Positions 25,240 through 39,000 of a stretch of 64,000 nt of DNA are shown here, in pieces; positions within the stretch are counted from its first letter, which is position 1, and every line of letters begins with the position of its first letter. The position numbers and the translations under genes are program-made. The notes beneath the pieces were generated by a model, which had not been told where the DNA came from, searched no databases, and saw only the letters and a list, made by a program, of their open reading frames with translations. Origin of the DNA: the human T2T-CHM13v2.0 reference genome, Homo sapiens; NCBI RefSeq assembly GCF_009914755.1, contig NC_060925.1. One strand, 5' to 3'.

Positions 25240-28200
25240 GAATTCTTCTGTCTAGCAGAATATGAAGAAATCCCGTTTCCAACGAAGGCCACAAGATGTC
25301 AGAATATCCACTTACAGACTTTACAAACAGAGTGTTTCCTAACTGCTCTATGAACAGAAAGGTTAAACTCTGTGAGTTGAACGAACACATCACAACGCAG
25401 TTTGTGGGAATGATTCTGTCTAGTTTTGAAACGAAGATATTTCCTTTTCTGCCGTTGACCTTAACGCGCTTGAAATCTACACTTGCAAATTGCACAAATA
25501 GAGTGTTTCAAATCTGCTCTGTCTAAGGGAACGTTCAACTCTGTGAGTTGAATGCACACAACAAAAGGAAGTTACTGGGAATTCTTCTGTCTAGCCTTAC
25601 ATGAAAAAAACCCGTTTCCAACGAAGGCCTCTAAGTGGTCAAAATATCCACGTGCAGACTTTAGAAACAGAGTGTTTCCAAACCGCTGAATGAAAAGAAA
25701 AGTTAAACTCTGAGAGTTGAACGCACACATCACGCAGCAGTTTCTGAGAATGATTCTGTCTAGTTTTTATACGAAGATATTTCCTTTTCTGCCTTTGGCC
25801 CCAAAGCGCTTGAAATCTCCACTGGCAAATTCCACAAAAACAGTGTTTCAAATCTGCTCTCTCTAAATGAAAGTTCAACTCTGTCACTTGAATACACACA
25901 ACACAAGGAAGTTACTGAGAATTCTTCTGTCTAGCATAATATGAAGAAATCCCGTTTCCAACGAAGGCCTCAAAGGGGTCTGAATATCCACTTGCAGACT
26001 TTATAAACAGAGTGTTTACTACCTGCTCTATGAAAAGAAAGGTTAAACTCTGTGAGTTGAACACACACATCACAAAGGAGTTTCTGAGAATCATTCTGTC
26101 TAGTTTTTCTACGAAGATATTTCCTTTTCTACTATTGACCTCAAAGCGGCTGAAATCTCCACTTGCAAATTCCACAAAAAGAGTGTTTCAAGTCTGCTCT
26201 GTGAAAAGGATCGTTCAACTCTGTGAGTTGAATACACAAAACACAAGGAAGTTACTGAGAATTCTTCTGTCTAGCAGAATAGGGAGAAATCCCGTTTCCA
26301 ACGAAGGCCTCAAAGAGGTCTGAATATCCACTTGCAGACTTTACAAACAGAGTGTTTCCTAACTGCTCTATGAAAAGAAAGGTTAAACTCTGTGAGTTGA
26401 ACGCACACATCACAAAGGAGTTTCTGAGAAACGTTCTGTCTAGTTTCTATAGGAAGATATTTCCTATTCTACCATTGACCTCAAAGCGGCTGAAATCTCC
26501 ACTTGCAAATTCCACAAAAAGAATGTTTCAAGTCTGCTCTGTGTAAAGGATCGTTCAACTCTGTGAGTTGAATACACACAACACAAGGAAGTTACTGAGA
26601 ATTCTTCTGTCTAGCATAATATGAAGAAATCCCGTTTCCAACGAAGGCCTAAAAGAGGTCTGAATATCCACTTGCAGACTTTACAAACAGAGTGTTTCCT
26701 AACTGCTCTATGAAAAGAAAAGTTAAACTCTGTGAGTTGAACGCACACATCACAAAGGAGTTTATGAGAATCATTCTGTCTAGTCTTTATACGAAGATAT
26801 TTCCTTTTCTACCATTGACCTCAAAGCGGCTGAAATCTCCACTTGCAAATTCCACAAAAAGAGTGTTTCAAGTCTGCTCTGTGTAAAGGATCGTTCAACT
26901 CTGTGAGTTGAATACACACAACACAAGGAAGTTACTGAGAATTCTTCTGTCTAGCAGAATATGAGAAATCCCGTTTCCAACGAAGGCCTCAAGGAGGTCT
27001 GAATATCCACTTGCAGACTTTTCAAACAGAGTGTTTCCTAACTGCTCTATGAAAAGAAAGGTTAAACTCTGTGAGTTGAACGCACACATCACAAAGGAGT
27101 TTATGAGAATCATTCTGTCTAGTTTCTATAAGAAGATATTTCCTATTCTACCATTGACCTCAAAGCGGCTGAAATCTCCACTTGCAAATTCGACAAAAAG
27201 AGTGTTTCAAGCCTGCTCTCTGTAAAGGATCCTTCAACTCTGTGAGTTGAATACACACAACACAAGGAAGTTACTGAGAATTATTCTGTCTAGCATAATA
27301 TGAAGAAATCCCGTTTCCAACGAAGGCCTCAAAGAGGTCTGAATATCCACTTGCAGACTTTACAAACAGAGTGTTTCCTTACTGCTCTATGAGAAGAAAA
27401 GTTAAACTCTGTGAGTTGAACGCACACATCACAAAAGATTTTCTGAGAATCATTCTGTCTAGTTTCTATAAGAAGATATTTCCTATTCTACCATTGACCT
27501 CAAACGGCTGAAATCTCCACTTGCAAATTCCACAAAAAGAGTGTTTCAAGTCTGCTCTGTGTAAAGGATCCTTCAACTCTGTGATTTGAATACACACAAC
27601 ACAAGGAAGTTACTGAGAATTCTTCTGTCTAGCAGAATATGAAGAAATCCCGTTTCCAACGAAGGCCTCAAGGAGGTCTGAATATCCACTTGCAGACTTT
27701 ACAAACAGAGTGTTTCCTAACTGCTCTATGAACAGAAAGGTTAAACTCTGTGAGTTGAACGCACACATCACAAAGGACTTTCTGAGAATCATTCTGTCTA
27801 GTCTTTATACGAAGATATTTACTTTTCTACCATTGACCTCAAAGCGGTTGAAATCTCCACTTGCAAATTCAATAAAAAGAGTGTTTCAAGTCTGCTCTGT
27901 GTAAAGGATCATTCAACTCTGTGAGTTGAATACACACAACACAAGGAAGTTACTGAGAATTCTTCTGTCTAGCAGAATATGAAGAAATCCCGTTTCCAAC
28001 GAAGGCCTCAAGGAGGTCTGAATATCCACTTGCAGACTTTACAAACAGAGTGTTTCCTAACTGCTCTATGAAAAGAAAGGTTAAACTCTGTGAGTTGAAC
28101 GCACACATCACAAAGGAGTTTCTGAGAAACGTTCTGTCTAGTTTCTATAGGAAGATATTTCCTATTCTACCATTGACCTCAAAGCGGCTGAAATCTCCAC

Positions 28201-30336
28201 TTGCAAATTCCACAAAAAGAATGTTTCAAGTCTGCTCTGTGTAAAGGATCATTCAACTCTGTGAGTTGAATAAACACAACACAAGGAAGTTACTGAGAAT
28301 TCTTCTGTCTAGCAGAATATGAAGAAATCCCGTTTCCAACGAAGGCCTCAAGGAGGTCTGAATATCCACTTGCAGACTTTACAAACAGAGTGTTTCCTAA
28401 CTGCTCTATGAAAAGAAAGGTTAAACTCTGTGAGTTGAACGCACACATCACAAAGGAGTTTATGACAATCATTCTGTCTAGTTTCTATAAGAAGATATTT
28501 CCTATTCTACCATTGACCTCAAAGCGGCTGAAATCTCCACTTGCAAATTCGACAAAAAGAGTGTTTCAAGCCTGCTCTCTGTAAAGGATCCTTCAACTCT
28601 GTGAGTTGAATACACACAACACAAGGAAGTTACTGAGAATTATTCTGTCTAGCATAATATGAAGAAATCCCGTTTCCAACGAAGGCCTCAAAGAGGTCTG
28701 AATATCCACTTGCAGACTTTACAAACAGAGTGTTTCCTAACTGCTCTATGAGAAGAAAAGTTAAACTCTGTGAGTTGAACGCACACATCACAAACGATTT
28801 TCTGAGAATCATTCTGTCTAGTCTTTATATGAAGATAGTTTCCTTTTCTACCATTGACCTCAAAGCGGCTGAAATCTCCACTTGCAAATTCCACAAAAAG
28901 AGTGTTTCAAGTCTGCTCTGTGTAAAGGATCGTTCAACTCTGTGAGTTGAATACACACAACACAAGGAAGTTACTGAGAATTCTTCTGTCTAGCAGAATA
29001 TGAAGAAATCCCGTTTCCAACGAAGGCCACAAGATGTCAGAATATCCACTTACAGACTTTACAAACAGAGTGTTTCCTAACTGCTCTATGAACAGAAAGG
29101 TTAAACTCTGTGAGTTGAACGAACACATCACAACGCAGTTTGTGGGAATGATTCTGTCTAGTTTTGAAACGAAGATATTTCCTTTTCTGCCGTTGACCTT
29201 AACGCGCTTGAAATCTACACTTGCAAATTGCACAAATAGAGTGTTTCAAATCTGCTCTGTCTAAGGGAACGTTCAACTCTGTGAGTTGAATGCACACAAC
29301 ACAAGGAAGTTACTGGGAATTCTTCTGTCTAGCCTTACATGAAAAAAACCCGTTTCCAACGAAGGCCTCTAAGTGGTCAAAATATCCACGTGCAGACTTT
29401 ACAAACAGAGTGTTTCCAAACCGCTGAATGAAAAGAAAAGTTAAACTCTGAGAGTTGAACGCACACATCACGCAGCAGTTTCTGAGAATGATTCTGTCTA
29501 GTTTTTATACGAAGATATTTCCTTTTCTGCCTTTGGCCCCAAAGCGCTTGAAATCTCCCCTTGCAAATTCCACAAAAACAGTGTTTCAAATCTCCTCTCT
29601 CTAAATGAAAGTTCAACTCTGTCAGTTGAATACACACAACACAAGGAAGTTACTGAGAATTCTTCTGTCTAGCATAATATGAGGAAATCCCGTTTCCAAC
29701 GAAGGCCTCAAAGGGGTCTGAATATCCACTTGCAGACTTTATAAACAGAGTGTTTACTAACTGCTCTATGAAAAGAAAGGTTAAACTCTGTGAGTTGAAC
29801 ACACACATCACAAAGGAGTTTCTGAGAATCATTCTGTCTAGTTTTTCTACGAAGATATTTCCTTTTCTACTATTGACCTCAAAGCGGCTGAAATCTCCAC
29901 TTGCAAATTCCACAAAAAGAGTGTTTCAAGTCTGCTCTGTGAAAAGGATCGTTCAACTCTGTGAGTTGAATACACAAAACACAAGGAAGTTACTGAGAAT
30001 TCTTCTGTCTAGCAGAATAGGGAGAAATCCCGTTTCCAACGAAGGCCTCAAAGAGGTCTGAATATCCACTTGCAGACTTTACAAACAGAGTGTTTCCTAA
30101 CTGCTCTATGAAAAGAAAGGTTAAACTCTGTGAGTTGAACGCACACATCACAAAGGAGTTTCTGAGAAACGTTCTGTCTAGTTTCTATAGGAAGATATTC
30201 CCTATTCTACCATTGACCTCAAAGCGGCTGAAATCTCCACTTGCAAATTCCACAAAAAGAATGTTTCAAGTCTGCTCTGTGTAAAGGATCGTTCAACTCT
30301 GTGAGTTGAATACACACAACACAAGGAAGTTACTGA

Positions 30337-33055
30337 GAATTCTTCTGTCTAGCAGAATATGAAGAAATCACGTTTCCAACGAAGGCCACAAGATGTCAGA
30401 ATATCCACTTACAGACTTTACAAACAGAGTGTTTCCTAACTGCTCTATGAACAGAAAGGTTAAACTCTGTGAGTTGAACGAACACATCACAACGCAGTTT
30501 GTGGGAATGATTCTGTCTAGTTTTGAAACGAAGATATTTCCTTTTCTGCCGTTGACCTTAAAGCGCTTGAAATCTACACTTGCAAATTGCACAAATAGAG
30601 TGTTTCAAATCTGCTCTGTCTAAGGGAACGTTCAACTCTGTGAGTTGAATGCACACAACACAAGGAAGTTACTGGGAATTCTTCTGTCTAGCCTTACATG
30701 AAAAAAACCCGTTTCCAACGAAGGCCTCTAAGTGGTCAAAATATCCACGTGCAGACTTTACAAACAGAGTGTTTCCAAACCGCTGAATGAAAAGAAAAGT
30801 TAAACTCTGAGAGTTGAACGCACACGTCACGCAGCAGTTTCTGAGAATGATTCTGTCTAGTTTTTATACGAAGATATTTCCTTTTCTGCCTTTGGCCCCA
30901 AAGCGCTTGAAATCTCCACTTGCAAATTCCACAAAAACAGTGTTTCAAATCTGCTCTCTCTAAATGAAAGTTCAACTCTGTCAGTTGAATACACACAACA
31001 CAAGGAAGTTACTGAGAATTCTTCTGTCTAGCATAATATGAAGAAATCCCGTTTCCAACGAAGGCCTCAAAGGGGTCTGAATATCCACTTGCAGACTTTA
31101 TAAACAGAGTGTTTACTAACTGCTCTATGAAAAGAAAGGTTAAACTCTGTGAGTTGAACACACACATCACAAAGGAGTTTCTGAGAATCATTCTGTCTAG
31201 TTTTTCTACGAAGATATTTCCTTTTCTACTATTGACCTCAAAGCGGCTGAAATCTCCACTTGCAAATTCCACAAAAAGAGTGTTTCCAGTCTGCTCTGTG
31301 TAAAGGATCGTTCAACTCTGTGAGTTGAATACACACAACACAAGGAAGTTACTGAGAATTCTTCTGTCTAGCAGAATAGGAAGAAATCCCGTTTCCAACG
31401 AAGGCCTCAAAGAGGTCTGAATATCCACTTGCAGACTTTACAAACAGAGTGTTTCCTAACGGCTCTATGAAAAGAAAAGTTAAACTCTGTGAGTTGAACG
31501 CACACATCACAAAGGAGTTTCTGAGAATCGTTCTGTCTAGTTTCTATAGGAAGATATTTCCTATTCTACCATTGACCTCAAAGCGGCTGAAATCTCCAGT
31601 TGCAAATTCCACAAAAAGAATGTTTCAAGTCTGCTCTGTGTAAAGGATCGTTCAACTCTGTGAGTTGAATACACACAACACAAGGAACTTACTGAGAATT
31701 ATTCTGTCTAGCATAATATGAAGAAATCCCGTTTCCAACGAAGGCCTCAAAGAGGTCTGAATATCCACTTGCAGACTTTACAAACAGAGTGTTTCCTAAC
31801 TGTTCTATGAAAAGAAAAGTTAAACTCTGTGAGTTGAACGCACACATCACAAAGGAGTTTATGAGAATCATTCTGTCTAGTCTTTATACGAAGATATATC
31901 CTTTTCTACCATTGACCTCAAAGCGGCTGAAATCTCCACTTGCAAATTCCACAAAAAGAGTGTTTCAAGTCTGCTCTGTGTAAAGGATCGTTCAACTCTG
32001 TGAGTTGAATACACACAACACAAGGAACTTACTGAGAATTCTTCTGTCTAGCAGAATATGAAGAAATCCCGTTTCCAACGAAGGCCTCAAGGAGGTCTGA
32101 ATATCCACTTGCAGACTTTACAAACAGAGTGTTTCCTAACTGCTCTATGAACAGAAAGGTTAAACTCTGTGAGTTTAACGCACACATCACAAAGGAGTTT
32201 CTGAGAATCATTCTGTCTAGTCTTTATACGAAGATATTTACTTTTCTACCATTGACCTCAAAGCGGCTGAAATCTCCACTTGCAAATTCAACAAAAAGAG
32301 TGTTTCAAGTCTGCTCTGTGTAAAGGATCATTCAACTCTGTGAGTTGAATAAACACAACACAAGGAAGTTACTGAGAATTCTTCTGTCTAGCAGAATATG
32401 AAGAAATCCCGTTTCCAACGAAGGCCTCAAGGAGGTCTGAATATCCACTTGCAGACTTTACAAACAGAGTGTTTCCTAACTGCTCTATGAAAAGAAAGGT
32501 TAAACTCTGTGAGTTGAACGCACACATCACAAAGGAGTTTATGAGAATCATTCTGTCTAGTTTCTATAAGAAGATATTTCCTATTCTACCATTGACCTCA
32601 AACGGCTGAAATCTCCACTTGCAAATTCGACAAAAAGAGTGTTTCAAGCCTGCTCTCTGTAAAGGATCCTTCAACTCTGTGAGTTGAATACACACAACAC
32701 AAGGAAGTTACTGAGAATTATTCTGTCTAGCATAATATGAAGAAATCCCGTTTCCAACGAAGGCCTCAAAGAGGTCTGAATATCCACTTGCAGACTTTAC
32801 AAACAGAGTGTTTCCTAACTGCTCTATGAGAAGAAAAGTTAAACTCTGTGAGTTGAACGCACACATCACAAAAGATTTTCTGAGAATCATTCTGTCTAGT
32901 CTTTATATGAAGATAGTTTCCTTTTCTACCATTGACTTCAAAGCGGCTGAAATCTCCACTTGCAAATTCCACAAAAAGAGTGTTTCAAGTCTGCTCTGTG
33001 TAAAGGATCGTTCAACTCTGTGAGTTGAATACACACAACACAAGGAAGTTACTGA
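30337..33055 (-). repeat. 16-mer HOR unit ABCDEFGH (2719 bp), duplicate of 22521-25239
   Basis: Same order at +7816 offset, sharing rare variants (aacgcacacgtc, ggaacttactg, gagtttaacg, 1-bp deletion ctcaaacggc). Confidence 0.85.
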
Positions 33056-36000
33056 GAATTCTTCTGTCTAGCAGAATATGAAGAAATCCCGTTTCCAACG
33101 AAGGCCACAAGATGTCAGAATATCCACTTACAGACTTTACAAACAGAGTGTTTCCTAACTGCTCTATGAACAGAAAGGTTAAACTCTGTGAGTTGAACGA
33201 ACACATCACAACGCAGTTTGTGGGAATGATTCTGTCTAGTTTTGAAACGAAGATATTTCCTTTTCTGCCGTTGACCTTAACGCGCTTGAAATCTACACTT
33301 GCAAATTGCACAAATAGAGTGTTTCAAATCTGCTCTGTCTAAGGGAACGTTCAACTCTGTGAGTTGAATGCACACAACAAAAGGAAGTTACTGGGAATTC
33401 TTCTGTCTAGCCTTACATGAAAAAAACCCGTTTCCAACGAAGGCCTCTAAGTGGTCAAAATATCCACGTGCAGACTTTAGAAACAGAGTGTTTCCAAACC
33501 GCTGAATGAAAAGAAAAGTTAAACTCTGAGAGTTGAACGCACACATCACGCAGCAGTTTCTGAGAATGATTCTGTCTAGTTTTTATACGAAGATATTTCC
33601 TTTTCTGCCTTTGGCCCCAAAGCGCTTGAAATCTCCCCTTGCAAATTCCACAAAAACAGTGTTTCAAATCTGCTCTCTCTAAATGAAAGTTCAACTCTGT
33701 CAGTTGAATACACACAACACAAGGAAGTTACTGAGAATTCTTCTGTCTAGCAAAATATGAAGAAATCCCGTTTCCAACGAAGGCCTCAAAGGGGTCTGAA
33801 TATCCACTTGCAGACTTTATAAACAGAGTGTTTACTACCTGCTCTATGAAAAGAAAGGTTAAACTCTGTGAGTTGAACACACACATCACAAAGGAGTTTC
33901 TGAGAATCATTCTCTCTAGTTTTTCTACGAAGATATTTCCTTTTCTACTATTGACCTCAAAGCGGCTGAAATCTCCACTTGCAAATTCCACAAAAAGAGT
34001 GTTTCAAGTCTGCTCTGTGAAAAGGATCGTTCAACTCTGTGAGTTGAATACACAAAACACAAGGAAGTTACTGAGAATTCTTCTGTTTAGCAGAATAGGG
34101 AGAAATCCCGTTTCCAACGAAGGCCTCAAAGAGGTCTGAATATCCACTTGCAGACTTTACAAACAGAGTGTTTCCTAACTGCTCTATGAAAAGAAAGGTT
34201 AAACTCTGTGAGTTGAACGCACACATCACAAAGGAGTTTCTGAGAAACGTTCTGTCTAGTTTCTATAGGAAGATATTTCCTATTCTACCATTGACCTCAA
34301 AGCGGCTGAAATCTCCACTTGCAAATTCCACAAAAAGAATGTTTCAAGTCTGCTCTGTGTAAAGGATCGTTCAACTCTGTGAGTTGAATACACACAACAC
34401 AAGGAAGTTACTGAGAATTCTTCTGTCTAGCATAATATGAAGAAATCCCGTTTCCAACGAAGGCCTAAAAGAGGTCTGAATATCCACTTGCAGACTTTAA
34501 AAACAGAGTGTTTCCTAACTGCTCTATGAAAAGAAAAGTTAAACTCTGTGAGTTGAACGCACACATCACAAAGGAGTTTATGAGAATCATTCTGTCTAGT
34601 CTTTATACGAAGATATTTCCTTTTCTACCATTGACCTCAAAGCGGCTGAAATCTCCACTTGCAAATTCCACAAAAAGAGTGTTTCAAGTCTGCTCTGTGT
34701 AAAGGATCGTTCAACTCTGTGAGTTGAATACACACAACACAAGGAAGTTACTGAGAATTCTTCTGTCTAGCAGAATATGAAGAAATCCCGTTTCCAAAGA
34801 AGGCCTCAAGGAGGTCTGAATATCCACTTGCAGACTTTTCAAACAGAGTGTTTCCTAACTGCTCTATGAAAAGAAAGGTTAAACTCTGTGAGTTGAACGC
34901 ACACATCACAAAGGAGTTTATGAGAATCATTCTGTCTAGTTTCTATAAGAAGATATTTCCTATTCTACCATTGACCTCAAAGCGGCTGAAATCTCCACTT
35001 GCAAATTCGACAAAAAGAGTGTTTCAAGCCTGCTCTCTGTAAAGGATCCTTCAACTCTGTGAGTTGAATACACACAACACAAGGAAGTTACTGAGAATTA
35101 TTCTGTCTAGCATAATATGAAGAAATCCCGTTTCCAACGAAGGCCTCAAAGAGGTCTGAATATCCACTTGCAGACTTTACAAACAGAGTGTTTCCTTACT
35201 GCTCTATGAGAAGAAAAGTTAAACTCTGTGAGTTGAACGCACACATCACAAAAGATTTTCTGAGAATCATTCTGTCTAGTTTCTATAAGAAGATATTTCC
35301 TATTCTACCATTGACCTCAAACGGCTGAAATCTCCACTTGCAAATTCCACAAAAAGAGTGTTTCAAGTCTGCTCTGTGTAAAGGATCCTTCAACTCTGTG
35401 AGTTGAATACACACAACACAAGGAAGTTACTGAGAATTCTTCTGTCTAGCAGAATATGAAGAAATCCCGTTTCCAACGAAGGCCTCAAGGAGGTCTGAAT
35501 ATCCACTTGCAGACTTTACAAACAGAGTGTTTCCTAACTGCTCTATGAACAGAAAGGTTAAACTCTGTGAGTTTAACGCACACATCACAAAGGAGTTTCT
35601 GAGAATCATTCTGTCTAGTCTTTATACGAAGATATTTACTTTTCTACCATTGACCTCAAAGCGGCTGAAATCTCCACTTGCAAATTCAATAAAAAGAGTG
35701 TTTCAAGTCTGCTCTGTGTAAAGGATCATTCAACTCTGTGAGTTGAATAAACACAACACAAGGAAGTTACTGAGAATTCTTCTGTCTAGCAGAATATGAA
35801 GAAATCCCGTTTCCAACGAAGGCCTCAAGGAGGTCTGAATATCCACTTGCAGACTTTACAAACAGAGTGTTTCCTAACTGCTCTATGAAAAGAAAGGTTA
35901 AACTCTGTGAGTTGAACGCACACATCACAAAGGAGTTTCTGAGAAACGTTCTGTCTAGTTTCTATAGGAAGATATTTCCTATTCTACCATTGACCTCAAA

Positions 36001-39000
36001 GCGGCTGAAATCTCCACTTGCAAATACCACAAAAAGAATGTTTCAAGTCTGCTCTGTGTAAAGGATCGTTCAACTCTGTGAGTTGAATACACACAACACA
36101 AGGAAGTTACTGAGAATTCTTCTGTCTAGCAGAATATGAAGAAATCCCGTTTCCAACGAAGGCCACAAGATGTCAGAATATCCACTTACAGACTTTACAA
36201 ACAGAGTGTTTCCTAACTGCTCTATGAACAGAAAGGTTAAACTCTGTGAGTTGAACGAACACATCACAACGCAGTTTGTGGGAATGATTCTGTCTAGTTT
36301 TGAAACGAAGATATTTCCTTTTCTGCCGTTGACCTTAACGCGCTTGAAATCTACACTTGCAAATTGCACAAATAGAGTGTTTCAAATCTGCTCTGTCTAA
36401 GGGAACGTTCAACTCTGTGAGTTGAATGCACACAACACAAGGAAGTTACTGGGAATTCTTCTGTCTAGCCTTACATGAAAAAAACCCGTTTCCAACGAAG
36501 GCCTCTAAGTGGTCAAAATATCCACGTGCAGACTTTACAAACAGAGTGTTTCCAAACCGCTGAATGAAAAGAAAAGTTAAACTCTGAGAGTTGAACGCAC
36601 ACATCACGCAGCAGTTTCTGAGAATGATTCTGTCTAGTTTTTATACGAAGATATTTCCTTTTCTGCCTTTGGCCCCAAAGCGCTTGAAATCTCCCCTTGC
36701 AAATTCCACAAAAACAGTGTTTCAAATCTGCTCTCTCTAAATGAAAGTTCAACTCTGTCAGTTGAATACACACAACACGAGGAAGTTACTGAGAATTCTT
36801 CTGTCTAGCATAATATGAAGAAATCCCGTTTCCAAAGAAGGCCTCAAAGGGGTCTGAATATCCACTTGCAGACTTTATAAACAGAGTGTTTACTAACTGC
36901 TCTATGAAAAGAAAGGTTAAACTCTGTGAGTTGAACACACACATCACAAAGGAGTTTCTGAGAATCATTCTGTCTAGTTTTTCTACGAAGATATTTCCTT
37001 TTCTACTATTGACCTCAAAGCGGCTGAAATCTCCACTTGCAAATTCCACAAAAAGAGTGTTTCAAGTCTGCTCTGTGAAAAGGATCGTTCAACTCTGTGA
37101 GTTGAATACACAAAACACAAGGAAGTTACTGAGAATTCTTCTGTCTAGCAGAATAGGGAGAAATCCCGTTTCCAACGAAGGCCTCAAAGAGGTCTGAATA
37201 TCCACTTGCAGACTTTACAAACAGAGTGTTTCCTAACTGCTCTATGAAAAGAAAGGTTAAACTCTGTGAGTTGAACGCACACATCACAAAGGAGTTTCTG
37301 AGAATCGTTCTGTCTAGTTTCTATAGGAAGATATTTCCTATTCTACCATTGACCTCAAAGCGGCTGAAATCTCCACTTGCAAATTCCACAAAAAGAATGT
37401 TTCAAGTCTGCTCTGTGTAAAGGATCGTTCAACTCTGTGAGTTGAATACACACAACACAAGGAAGTTACTGAGAATTATTCTGTCTAGCATAATATGAAG
37501 AAATCCCGTTTCCAACGAAGGCCTCAAAGAGGTCTGAATATCCACTTGCAGACTTTACAAACAGAGTGTTTCCTTACTGCTCTATGAGAAGAAAAGTTAA
37601 ACTCTGTGAGTTGAACGCACACATCACAAAAGATTTTCTGAGAATCATTCTGTCTAGTCTTTATATGAAGATAGTTTCCTTTTCTACCATTGACGTCAAA
37701 GCGGCTGAAATCTCCACTTGCAAATTCCACAAAAAGAGTGTTTCAAGTCTGCTCTGTGTAAAGGATCGTTCAACTCTGTGAGTTGAATACACACAACACA
37801 AGGAAGTTACTGAGAATTCTTCTGTCTAGCAGAATATGAAGAAATCCCGTTTCCAACGAAGGCCACAAGATGTCAGAATATCCACTTACAGACTTTACAA
37901 ACAGAGTGTTTCCTAACTGCTCTATGAACAGAAAGGTTAAACTCTGAGTTGAACGAACACATCACAACGCAGTTTGTGGGAATGATTCTGTCTAGTTTTG
38001 AAACGAAGATATTTCCTTTTCTGCCGTTGACCTTAAAGCGCTTGAAATCTACACTTGCAAATTGCACAAATAGAGTGTTTCAAATCTGCTCTGTCTAAGG
38101 GAACGTTCAACTCTGTGAGTTGAATGCACACAACACAAGGAAGTTACTGGGAATTCTTCTGTCTAGCCTTACATGAAAAAAACCCGTTTCCAACGAAGGC
38201 CTCTAAGTGGTCAAAATATCCACGTGCAGACTTTACAAACAGAGTGTTTCCAAACCGCTGAATGAAAAGAAAAGTTAAACTCTGAGAGTTGAACGCACAC
38301 ATCACGCAGCAGTTTCTGAGAATGATTCTGTCTAGTTTTTATACGAAGATATTTCCTTTTCTGCCTTTGGCCCCAAAGCGCTTGAAATCTCCACTTGCAA
38401 ATTCCACAAAAACAGTGTTTCAAATCTGCTCTCTCTAAATGAAAGTTCAACTCTGTCAGTTGAATACACACAACACAAGGAAGTTACTGAGAATTCTTCT
38501 GTCTAGCATAATATGAAGAAATCCCGTTTCCAACGAAGGCCTCAAAGGGGTCTGAATATCCACTTGCAGACTTTATAAACAGAGTGTTTACTAACTGCTC
38601 TATGAAAAGAAAGGTTAAACTCTGTGAGTTGAACACACACATCACAAAGGAGTTTCTGAGAATCATTCTGTCTAGTTTCTATAGGAAGATATTTCCTTTT
38701 CTACTATTGACCTCAAAGCGGCTGAAATCTCCACTTGCAAATTCCACAAAAAGAGTGTTTCAAGTCTGCTCTGTGTAAAGGATCGTTCAACTCTGTGAGT
38801 TGAATACACACAACACAAGGAAGTTACTGAGAATTCTTCTGTCTAGCAGAATAGGAAGAAATCCCGTTTCCAACGAAGGCCTCAAAGAGGTCTGAATATC
38901 CACTTGCAGACTTTACAAACAGAGTGTTTCCTAACTGCTCTATGAAAAGAAAGTTTAAACTCTGTGAGTTGAACGCACACATCACAAAGGAGTTTCTGAG

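Larger units (their letters stand above)
22521..37300 (-). repeat. Tandem duplication with ~7816-bp period (46-mer); second copy lacks 680 bp (G+H)
   Basis: Offsets 7816 (23633/31449, 26012/33828), 7817 (27710/35527) and then 7136 (29034/36170, 29750/36886); many shared rare variants. Ends approximate. Confidence 0.85.

Noticed and set aside
26012-26323. Longer read-through ORFs (103 aa x4, 105 aa at 56473, 124 aa at 47887) as nascent genes
   Set aside because: Each arises from point changes that remove stop codons and was copied by local duplication; there is no evidence of expression or selection.
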